From: the human T2T-CHM13v2.0 reference genome, Homo sapiens
NCBI RefSeq assembly: GCF_009914755.1
Contig: NC_060946.1
Direction: 5' to 3' (one strand)
DNA length: 64,000 nucleotides
This document shows positions 1 to 14,600 of the stretch, piece after piece (the first letter of the stretch is position 1; each line of letters begins with the position of its first letter). The notes below the pieces were generated by a model. That model searched no databases and was not told where the DNA came from. It saw only the letters and a list, made by a program, of their open reading frames with translations. A program made the position numbers and the translations under genes.

Positions 1-3000
1 TATTTCTTCTTCCACAATAGGGCTCAAAGTGCTCCAAATATCCACTTGCACATTCTACAAAAAGTGTGTTTCAGCGCTGTTCAATCATAAGATATATTCA
101 AATATGTGAGGTGAATGCACACATGACAAAGTAGTTTCTCACAATGCTTCTGTGCTTTTTTATTTGAAGATATTTCCCTTTCCAGTACAGACCACAAAAG
201 GCTCCAAATATCGACTTGCAGAATCTACAAAAAGAGTTCTTCAAAACTGCTCAATCATGATAGGTTCACCTGTGTGAATTGAATGCACACATCACCAAGA
301 AGTTTCTTAGAATGCTTCTATGTAGCTTTTATTTGAAGATATTTCCTTTGCCTCCATGGACCACAAAGGGCTCCAAACATCCACTTGCAGGTTCTTGAAA
401 AAGAGAGATCCAAAACTGCTCAATCAAAAGATAAGTTCAAGGCTGTGAGTTGAATGCACACATCACAAAGAAGTTTCTCAGAAGGCTTCAGTGCAGTTTT
501 TATGTGAAGGTATTTCCCTTTCTACCATAAGCCACAAAGGTCTCCAAATATCCACTTGCAGATTCTACAAAAAGAATGCTTCAAAACTGCTCAATCAAAA
601 GAAAGTTTTAACTCTGGGAGATGAATGCATACATCATAGGGAAGTTTCTCAGAACGCTTCTGTGTAGTTTTTATGTGAAGATAATTCCTTTTCCAAAAAG
701 CCTCAAAGCCCACCAAATATCCACTTGCTGATTCTACAAAAAGAGTGTTTGAAGTCTGCTGAATTAAAAGACAGGTTCAACTCTGTGAGATGAATGCACA
801 AATCACGTAGAAGTTTCTGAGAATGCTTCTGTGTAGTTTCTATTTGAAGATATTTCCTTTTCCTCCATAGACCACAAATTGCTCCAAATATCCACTTCCA
901 GATTCTAGAAAAAGAGAGATCCAAAATTGCTCAATCAAAAGATAGGTTCAAGACTGTGAGTTGAAGACACAAACCACAAAGAAGTTTCTCAGAATGCTTC
1001 TGTGTAGTTTTTATGTGAAGATATTTCATTTTCCACAATAGGCCTCCAAGCCCACAAAATATCCACCTGCTGATACTACAAAAAGAGTGTGTCAAATCTG
1101 CTCAATCAAAAGACAGGTTCAACTCTGGGAGATGAATGCACACATCACAGGGAAGTTTCCCAGAATGCTTCTGTGTAGTTTATATGTGAAGATATTTCCT
1201 TTCCCAAACTAGACCTCAAAGCGCTCCAAATATCCACTTGCAGATTCTACCAAAAGAGTGTTTCAAAACTGCTCAATTAAAAGAATGGTTCAACTCTGTG
1301 AGATGAATGCACACATCACAAAGAAGTTTCTCAGAATGCTTCTGTGTAGTTTTTATGTGAAGATACTTCCTTTTCCAAAATAGGCCTAAAAATCCCTCTA
1401 AATATCCACTTGCAGATTCTACAGAAAGAGTGTTTCAAAACTGCTCAATCAAAAGAAAAGTTCAAATCTATGTGATGAATGCACTCATCACAAATTAGCT
1501 TCTCAGAATGATTAGTTTCTCAGAATGTTTCAGAGTAGTTTTTATGTGAAATTATTTCCTTTTCCACAATAGGCCTCAAAGCCCTCCAAACATCCTCTTG
1601 CAGATTCTACAAAACAGTGTTTCAAAACTCCTCAATCAAAAGAAAGTTTCAACACTGTGAGATGAATGCACACATCACAAAGTAGTTTCTCAGAATGCCT
1701 CTGTGTGGTTTTTATGTGAAGATATTTGTTTTTCCACAGTAGGCCTCAAAGGGCTCCAAATATCCACTTGCAGATTCTACAAAAACTGTGTTTCAAAGCT
1801 GCTCAATCAAAAGAAACTGTCAACTCTGTCAAATGAATGCACACATCACAAAGTAGTTTCTCAGAATCCTTCTGTGTAGTTTTTATGTGAAGATATTTCC
1901 TTTTCCACTATAGTCCTCAAAGTACTCAAAATATCCACTTGCAGATTCTACAGAAAGAGTGTTTCAAAATTGCTCAATCAAAAGAAATGTTCAACTCTGT
2001 GAGATGAAGGCACACATCACAAAGTACTTACTCAGAATGCCTCTGCATAGTTTTTATGTGAAAATATTTACTTTTCCACAGTAGGCATCAAAGCGCTCAA
2101 AATATCCTCCTGCAGATTTTACAAAAACCGTGTTTCGAAACTGCTCTACCAAAAGAAAGGTTCACCTCTGTGAGATGAATGCACACATCACAAAGAAGAT
2201 TCTCAGAATGCTTCTGTGCAATTTTTATGTGAAGATGTTACTTTTCCACAATAGACCTCAAAGTGCTTCAAATATCAACTTGAAGATTATACAAAGAGAG
2301 TGTTTCAAAACTGCTCAATCATAAGATAGGTTCAACTCTGTGTGGTGAATGCACACATCAAATGAAGTTACTCAGAATGCTTCTTTATAGTTTTTATGTT
2401 ATCATATTTACTTGTCCACAATAGGCCTCAAAGTGCTCCAAATATCCTCTTGCAGATTTTTCAAAAACAGTGTTTCAAAAATGTTCTACCAAAAGAAAGG
2501 TTCAACACTGTGAGTTGAATGCACACAACCGAAAGAAGATTCTCAGAATGCTTCCGTGTAGTTTTTATTTCATGATACTTCCTTTTCCTCTATAGGCTGA
2601 AAGGACTTCAAATATCTACTTGCAGATTCGACATAAAGAGAGATTCAAAACTACTGAATCAAAAGATAGGTTCAACTCTGTGTTATGAATGCACTCATCA
2701 CAAAGAAGTTTCTCAGAATGCTTCTGTGTAGTTTTTATGTGAAGATATTTACTTTTACACCATAAGCTTCAAAACTCTCCAAATATCCACTTGCAGATTC
2801 TACAAAAAGAGTGATCCCAAATGGCTCAAACAAAAGAAATGTTCAACTCTGTCAAATGAATGCACACATCACAAAGAACTTCCTCAGAATGCTTCTGTGT
2901 AATTTTTATGTGAAGATATTTCATTTTCCACAATAGGCCTCAAAGAGCTCCAAATATCCACTTGTAGATTCTACAAAAAGAATGTGAAAACTGCTCAATC

Positions 3001-5469
3001 AACAGAAAGGTTCAACTCTGTGAGTTGAATGCATACATCACAAAGAAGTTTCTCAGAATGTTTCCATGTGTTTTTTTTTTTTTTTTTGAAGATATTTCCT
3101 TTTCCACAATAGGCACCAAAGCGCTTCAGATATCCACTTTCAGATTCTTCCAACAGAGGGTTTCAAAATTGCTCAATCAAAAGATAGGTTCAAGTGTGTG
3201 AGTTGAATGCACACAACACCAAGAATTTTCTCAGAATGCTTCTGTGTAGTTTTTATGTGAAGATACTTCCTTTTCCACCATAGGCCGCAAAGGGCTCCAA
3301 ATATCCACTTGCAGATTCTACAGAAGGAGAGATTCAAAACTGCTCAATCAAAGGTAGCTTCAACTCTGTGAGTTGAGTGCACACATCACAAAGAAGTTTC
3401 TCAGAATGCTTCTGTGTAGTTTTTATGTGAAGATATTTCCTTTTGCAATATATGCCACAAAGGCCTCCAAATACCCATTCCAGACTCTTCAAAAAGAGAG
3501 TTTCAAAACTGCTCCATCAAAAGATAGGTTCAACTCCATGAGATGAATGCACACATCACAAAAAGTTTCTCAGAATGCTTCTGTGTAGTTTTTATGTGAT
3601 GATATTTTTTTTTCCACCATGGGCCGCAAAGGGCTGCAAATATCCATTTGCAGATTCCACAGAAAGAGTGACTCAAAACTGCTCAATCAAAAGATAGATT
3701 CAACCCTGTGAGTTGAATGCCCAGATCACAGAGAAATTTCTCAGAATGCTTCTGTGTAGTTTTTATGTGAAGATGATATTTCCTTTTCCACTAGAGGCCT
3801 CAAAGTGCTACAGATATCAACTTGCACATTCTGCAAAACGAGTGTTTCCAAACTGCTCAACCAAAAGAAACGTTCAACAGTCTGAGCTGAATGCACACAT
3901 CACAAAGAAGTTTCTCAAAATTCTTCTGTGTAGTTTTTATGTGAAGATATTTCCTTTTCCATATTAGGCTGCATAGGGCTCCCAATATCCACTTGCAGAT
4001 TATTGAAAAAGAGAGTTTCAAAACCGCTTAATCAAAAAATACGTTCAACTCTGTGAGTAGAATGAATACGTCACAAAGAAGTTTCTCAGAATGCTTGTGT
4101 GTACTTTTTATGAGAAGATATTTCCTTTTCCACCATAGGCCACAAGGGTTTCCTAATATCCACTTGCAGGTTCTACAAAAAGAGAGTTTCAAAACTGGTC
4201 AACCAAAAGATAGGTTTAACCCTGTGAGTTGAATGCATGCACAACAAAGAAGTTTCTCACAATAGTTTTTTGTAGTTTTTATGTGAAGATATTTCCTTTT
4301 CCACTGTAAGCCTCAAAGTGCTTCAAATATTAAATTGCAGATTCTACAGAAAGAGTGTTTCCAAACTGCTAAAACTAAAGAAAAGTTCAACTCTGTCAGA
4401 TGAATGCACACATCATGATGAAGTTTCTCAGAATGTTTCTGTGTAGTTTTTATGTGAAGATATTTCGTTTTCCACAATAGGCCTTAAAGCACTCCAAATA
4501 TCCATTGAAGATTCTACAAAAAGTGTTTCCAAACTGCTCAATCAAAACAAAGGTTCAACTCTGTGAGATGAATGCACACGTCACAAAGAAGCTTCTCAGA
4601 ATGTTTCTGTGTAGTTTTAAAGTTAAGATATTTCCTTTTACACCATAGGCCACAAATGGCTCCAATATCCACTTGCAGGTTCTAGAAAAAGAGAGTTTCA
4701 AAACTTCTTAATCAAACGATAGGTTCAACTCTGGAAGGTGAATGTACACGTCACAAAAAAGTTTCCCAGAATGCCTCTGTGTATTTTTCATGTGACGACA
4801 TTTCCTTTACCACCATAGGACTCAAAACCCTCCAAATATCCACCTACAGATTCTACAAAAAGAGTGTTTCCAAACTGTACAATCAAAAGAAAAGTTCAAC
4901 TCTGTGAGATGAATGCACACATCACAAAGAAGTTTCTCAGGATGCTTCTGTATAGTTTTTATTTGAGGATATTTTCTTTCATACCATAGGCCACAAAGGG
5001 CTCCAAATATCCACTTGCAGATTCTACAAAAAGAGAGTTTCAAGACTGCTGTATCAAAATATAGGTTGAACTCTGTGTGTTGAATACACAAATAACAAAG
5101 AAGTTTCTCAGAATGCTTCTGTGAAGTTTTTATGTGAAGATATTTCCTTTTCCACAATAGGCCACATAGTGCTCCAAATATCCACTTGCAGATTCTACAG
5201 AAACAGTGTTTCAAGCTGCACAATCAAAGGAAATATTCAACTCTGTGAGATGAATGCACACATCATCTAGAAATTTCTCAGAACGCTTCTGTTTAGTTTT
5301 TATGTGAAGATGTTTCCTTTTGCATCATAGGCCACAAAGGGCTCCATATATCCACTTCCAGATTCAACAAAAAGATATTTTCAAAACTGTTCAATCAAAA
5401 GATATGTTCAACTCTGAGAGTTGAATGCACACACCGCAAAGAAGTTTCTCAGAGTACTGCTGTGTAGTT
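1..5469 (-). repeat. Divergent monomeric alpha satellite (~171-bp monomers, A-type), reverse orientation relative to the conventional consensus
   Basis: Recurring unit 'gaagtttctcagaatgcttctgtgtagtttttatgtgaagatatttccttttccaccataggcctcaaagcgctccaaatatccacttgcagattctacaaaaagagtgtttcaaaactgctcaatcaaaagaaaggttcaactctgtgagatgaatgcacacatcacaaa' about every 171 bp, with clear monomer-to-monomer divergence. The box position reads 'ttccttttccaccatag' (pJalpha/A-box), not a CENP-B box. Confidence 0.98.
5455..5469. other. Left target-site duplication of L1 #1 (partner at 11640-11654)
   Basis: tactgctgtgtagtt vs tgcttctgtgtagtt, 13/15 identical. The alpha monomer resumes in register after the right copy. 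The insertion point is the monomer's 'agttttt|atgtg', an L1 endonuclease-like TTTT/A site. Confidence 0.75.
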
Positions 5470-5704
5470 TTTTCAGAATTTATTTTATTTTATTATTATT
5501 ATTACACTTTAAGTTTTAGGGTACATGTGCACATTGTGCAGTTTAGTTACATATGTGTACACGTGCCATGTTGGTATGCTGCACCCATTAACTTGTCATT
5601 TAGCATTAGGTATATCTCCTAATGCTATCCCTCCCCCCTCCCCCACCCCACATCTCTCCCCAGAGTGTGATGTTCCCCTTCTTGTGTCCATGTGTTCTCA
5701 TTGC

Positions 5705-9520
<3,816 letters not shown>

Positions 9521-9583
9521 TATGATGTTAGCTGGTTATTTTGCTCTTTAGTTGATGCAGTTTCTTACTAGCCACAATGGTCT

Positions 9584-10597
9584 TTACAATTTGGCATGAT
9601 TTTGCAGTGGCTGGTACTGGTTGTTTCTTTCCATGTTTAGTGCTTCCTTCAGGAGCTCTTTTAGGGCAGGCCTTGTGGTGACAAAATCTCTCAGCATTTG
9701 CTTGTCTGTAAAGTATTTTATTTCTCCTTCACTTATGAAGCTTAGTTTGGCTGGATATGAAATTATGGGTTGAAAATTCTTTTCTTTAAGAATGTTGAAT
9801 ATTGGCCCCCTCTCTCTTCTGGCTTGTAGAGTTTCTGCCAAGAGATCAGCAGTTAGTCTGATGGGCTTCCCTTTGAGGGTAACCTGACCTTTCTCTCTGG
9901 CTGCCCTTAACATTTTTTCCTTCATTTCAACTTTGGTGAATCTGACAATTATGTGTCTTGGAGTTGCTCTTCTTGAGGAGTATCTTTGTGGCATTCTCTG
10001 TATTTTCTGAATGTGAATGTTGGCCTGCCTTGCTAGATTGGGGAAGTTCTGGATAATATCCTGCAGAGTGTTTTCCAACTTAGTTCCAATCTCCACATCA
10101 CTTTCAGGTACACCAATCAGACATAGATATGGTCTTTTCACATAGTCCCATATTTCTTGGAGGCTTTGTTCATTTCTTTTTATTCTTTTTTCTCTAAACT
10201 TTCCTTCTCGCTTCATTTCATTCATTTCATCTTCCATCGCTGATACCCTTTCTTCCAGTTGATCACATTGTCTCCTGAGGCTTCTGCATTCTTCGCGTTG
10301 TTCTGGAGCCTTGGCTTTCAGCTCCATCAGCTCCTTTAAGCACTTCTCTGTATTGGTTATTCTAGTTATACATTCATCGAAATTTTTTTCAAAGTTTTTA
10401 ACTTCTTTGCCTTTGGTTTGAATTTCCTCCTGTAGCTCAGAGTAGTTTGATCATCTGAAGCCTTTTTCTCTCAACCCATCAAAGTCATTCTCTGTCCAGC
10501 TTTGTTCCATTGCTGGTGAGGAACTGCATTCCTTTGGAGGAGGAGAGGCGCTCTGCTTTTTAGAGTTTCCAGTTTTTCTACTCTGTTTTTTCCTCAT
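9584..10597 (-). pseudogene. L1 ORF1: L1 ORF1 (RNA-binding chaperone) with premature stop
   Basis: ATG at 10595-10597, 1014 nt in frame with the ORF-track 9584-10327 product (REKRIKRNEQSLQEIWDY, YPAKLSF). In-frame TGA at 10451-10453 (codon 49, CGA>TGA) and a one-codon deletion (QDIIQ-NFP). Confidence 0.93.
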
Positions 10598-11628
10598 CTT
10601 TGTGGTTTTATCTACTTTTGGTCTTTGATGATGGTGATGTACAGTTGGGTTTTTGCTGTGGATGTCCTTTCTGTTTGTTAGTTTTCCTTCTAACAGGCAG
10701 ACCCTCAGCTGCAGGTCTGTTGGAGTTTGCTAGAAGTCCACTCCAGATCCTGTTTGCCTGGGTATCAGCAGCGGTGACTGCAGAACAGTGGATTTTCATA
10801 AACCATGAATGCTGCTGTCTGATCTTTGCTCTGGAAATTTTGTCTCAGAGGACTACCCGGCCTTGTGAGGTGTCAGTGTGCCCCTACTGGGTTGTGCCTC
10901 TCAGGCTGCTCATAGTTCAGGGGTCAGGGACCCACTAGAGGAGGCAGTCTGCCCGTTCTTAGATCTCCAGCTGTGTGCTGGGAGAACCACTGCTCTCTTC
11001 AAAGCTGTCAGACAGGGACATTTAAGTCCGCAGAGGTTACTGCTGTCTTTTTGTTTATCTGTGCCCTGCCCCCAGATGTGGAGCCTACAGAGTCATGCAG
11101 GCCTCCTAGAGCTGTGGTGGTCTACACCCAGTTCAAGCTTTCCAGCAGCTTTGTTTGCCTAAGAAAGCCTGGGAAATGGGGGTTGCTCCACCACCAGCCT
11201 TACTGCCACCTTGTACTTTGATCACAGACTGCAGTGCTAGCAATCAGTGAGACACTGTAGAGGTAAGACCCTCCGAGCCATGTGTGGGATATAATATCCT
11301 GGTGTGCCATTTTTTAAGCCTGTTGAAAAAGTGCAGTATTAGTGTGGGAGTGACCCGATTTTCCAGGTGCCGTCTGTCATCCCTTTATTTGACTAGGAAA
11401 GGGAACTCCCTGACCACTTCCACTTCCCATGTGAGGAAATGCCTCGCTCTGCTTCAGCCCATGCATGGCACCCTGCACCCAGTATCCTGTGCCCACAGTC
11501 TGGCACTCCCTAGTGAGATGAACCTGGTATCTCAGATGGAAATGAAGAAATCACCCATCTTCTGCTTCACTCATGATGGGAACTGTAGAACAGAGCTGTT
11601 CCCATTTGGCCATCTTGACTGCTGCCTC
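10598..11628 (-). promoter_or_regulatory. L1 5'UTR internal promoter (CpG-decayed) with intact YY1 motif at 11608-11617
   Basis: 'ggccatcttg' is the reverse complement of CAAGATGGCC, the L1 YY1 site. Most consensus CpGs appear as TpG/CpA. Confidence 0.8.
10727..10854 (-). promoter_or_regulatory. ~128-bp L1 5'UTR segment corresponding to the ZNF93-binding region deleted in younger L1PA3/L1PA2/L1HS
   Basis: Present here between 'ttggagt' (ends 10726) and 'acccgg' (10855). In L1 #2 the same flanks are joined directly ('ttggagt|acctgg', 43477/43478). Confidence 0.85.
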
Positions 11629-11639
11629 ATTTGCCAGTT

Positions 11640-14600
11640 TGCTTCTGTGTAGTTATTATGTGAAAATATTTCCTTTTCCACCATAGGCTGCAAAGGGCTC
11701 CAAATATCCACTTGCAGATTCTACAAAAAGAGAGTTTCAAAACTGCTCAATCAAAAGATAAGTTCAACTCGGTGAGTTGTATGCACACATTCCAAAGAAG
11801 TTTCTCTGAATGCTTCTGCATAGTTTTTATGTGAAGATATATCCATTTCCACCATTGGCCACAAAGCGCTCTGAATATCCACTTGCAGATTCTACAAAAT
11901 GAGTGTTTCAAAACTGCTCAATCAAAAGAATGGTTCAACACTGTGAGATGAAAGCACACATCACAAAGAAGTTTCTCAGAATGGTTCTGTGTAGTTCTCA
12001 TGTGAAGATATTTTCTTTTCCACCATAGGCCTCAATGCGATCCAAACATCCAATTTTAGATACTACAAAAAGAGTGTTTCCAAACTGCTCAATCAAAAGA
12101 AAGTTTCAACTCTGTGAGATGAAGGCACACATGACCAAGACGTTCCTCAGAAATCTCTTTTGTAGTTTTTATGTGAAGGTATTTCCTTTTCCACTATAGG
12201 CCGCAAAGGGCTCCAAATATCCTCTTGCAGATTCTACAAAAAGAGAGATTCAAAACTGCTCAATCAAAAGATAGTTTCAACTCTGTGAGTTTAATGCACA
12301 CTTAACAAAGGTGTTTCTCAGAATGCTTCTGTGTAGTTTTTATGTGAAGATATTCCCGTTTCCACCATAGGCCTCGAAGTGCTCCAAATATCCACTTGCA
12401 GATTCTACAAAAAATAAAGTTTCAAAACTGCTGAATGGAAAGAAAGGTTTAACACTGTGAGATGAATGCAAATATTGCACAGAAGTTTTTCAGAATGATT
12501 CTGTGCAGTTTTTATGTGAAGATATTTCCTTTTCCACAATAGGAATCTAAGAGCTCCAAATATCAACTTGCAGATTCTACATAGAGAGTTTTTCAAAACT
12601 GCTCAATGAAAAGAAAGTTTCAATTCTGTGAGATGAATGCACACATCCCAAAGAGGTTACTCGGAATGCTTCTGAGTATATTTCATGTGAAGATATTTTC
12701 TTTTCAACAATAGGCCTCAAAGCACTCCAATTATCCACTTGCAGATTCTACAAAAAGAATGTTTCAAAACTACTAACTGAAAAGAAAGATTCATCTCTGT
12801 GAGATGAATGCACACATCACCATGAAGTTCCTCAGAATGATTCTGTGTAGTTTTTAGTTGAAGATATTCCCATTTCCACCATAGGCCCCAAATGGCCCCA
12901 AATATCCACTTGTAGATTCTACAAAAAGATAGTTTCAAAACTGTTCAATGAAAAGATAGGTTCAACACCGTGAGTTGAATGCACACATCACAGAGAAGTT
13001 TCTCAGAAAGTTTCTGTGTAGTTTTTATGTGAAGATGTTTCCTTTTACACAATAGACCTCAAAGTGCTCCAAATATTCACTTGCAGATACTTCAAAAAGA
13101 TTGTTTCAAAACTGCTCAATCAAAAGAAAGGTTCATCTCTGTGAGATGAATGCACACATCACAAAGAAGTTTCTCAGAATATTTCTGTCTGTTTTTTATG
13201 TGAAGGCATTTCCTTTTCCACAACAGGCCACAAAAGGCTGTAAATGTCCACTTGTAGATACTACAAAAAGAGAGTTTCAAAATGGCTTAATCAAAAGATA
13301 GGTTCAACTCTGTGAGTTGAATGCACACATCACAAAGGAGTTTCTCAGAATAGTTCTGTCTAGTTTTCATGTGAAGGCATTTCCGTTTCCCCCATAGGCA
13401 TCAAATGGTTCCAAACATACACCTGCAGATACTACAAAAAGAGAGCTTCAAAACTGCTCATCAAAAGATTAATTCACATCTGTGAGTTGAATGCACACAA
13501 CACAAAGAAGTTTCTCAGAATGCTTCTGTGTGGTCTTTAAGTTAAGATATTTCCTTTTCCACAATAGGCCTCAAAGCGTTCCAAATATGAACTTGCAGAT
13601 TATACAACAACAGTGTTTCAATACTGCTCAATCAAAAAAAATGTACAACTCTGTGAGATGAATGCACACATCACAAAGAAGTTTCTCAGAATGATTCTGT
13701 GTAGATTTTATGTGAAGATATTTCGTTTTCCAAAATAGGCCTCAAAGCCCTCCAAATATCCACTTGCAGATTCTACAAAGAGAGTGTTTCAAAACTACTC
13801 AATCAAAAGAAAGGTTCAACTCTGTGAGTTGAATACACACATCACAAAGAAGTTTCTCAGAATGCTTCTGCATAGTTTTTACATAAAGATATTTCCTATT
13901 CCACCATAGGCCTCAAAGCGCTCCAAATATCCTCTTGCAGAATCTACAAAAAGAGTGTCACAAAACTGCTCAATCAAAAGAAAGTTCAACTCTTTGAGAT
14001 GAAAGCAGATATCACAAAAAAGTTTCTCAGAATGCTTCTGTGTAGTTTTTATGTGAAATATTTGCTTTTCCAGAGTAAGCCTCAAAGCGCTTCTAATATC
14101 CACTTGCAGATTCTGCAAAAACTGTGTTTCATAACTGCGCAACCCAAAGAAAGTTTCAACTCTGTGAGATGAAAGCACACAATGCAAAGACGCTTCTGTG
14201 TAGTTTTTATGTGAAGATATTGCCTTTTAGACAATAAGCTTCAAAGTGCTCCAAGTATCTTCTTGCAGATTCTACAAAAAGAGTGTTTCAAAACTGCTCA
14301 ATCCAAAGAGAGGTTCAACTCTGTGAGATAAATGCTCACATAACAAAGAAGTTTCTCAGACTGCTCCTTTGTAGTTTTTTTTTTTGGAGATATTTCCGTT
14401 TCCACCATAGGCCACAAAGGACTCCAAATATCCAGTTGCAGATTCTACAAAAAGAGATTCAAAACTGCTCAATCAAAAAAATAGGTTGAACTCTGTGAGT
14501 TGAATGTACACATCACAAAGAATTTTCTCAGAATGCTACTGTGTAGTTTATACGTGAAGATATTTCCTTTTTCAAAACAGGCCTCAAAGACCACAAATAT

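Noticed and set aside
3071-3087. T17 run as a solo poly(A) retro-insertion
   Set aside because: No TSD. It is more simply explained by substitution and slippage in the monomer's own T-tract.
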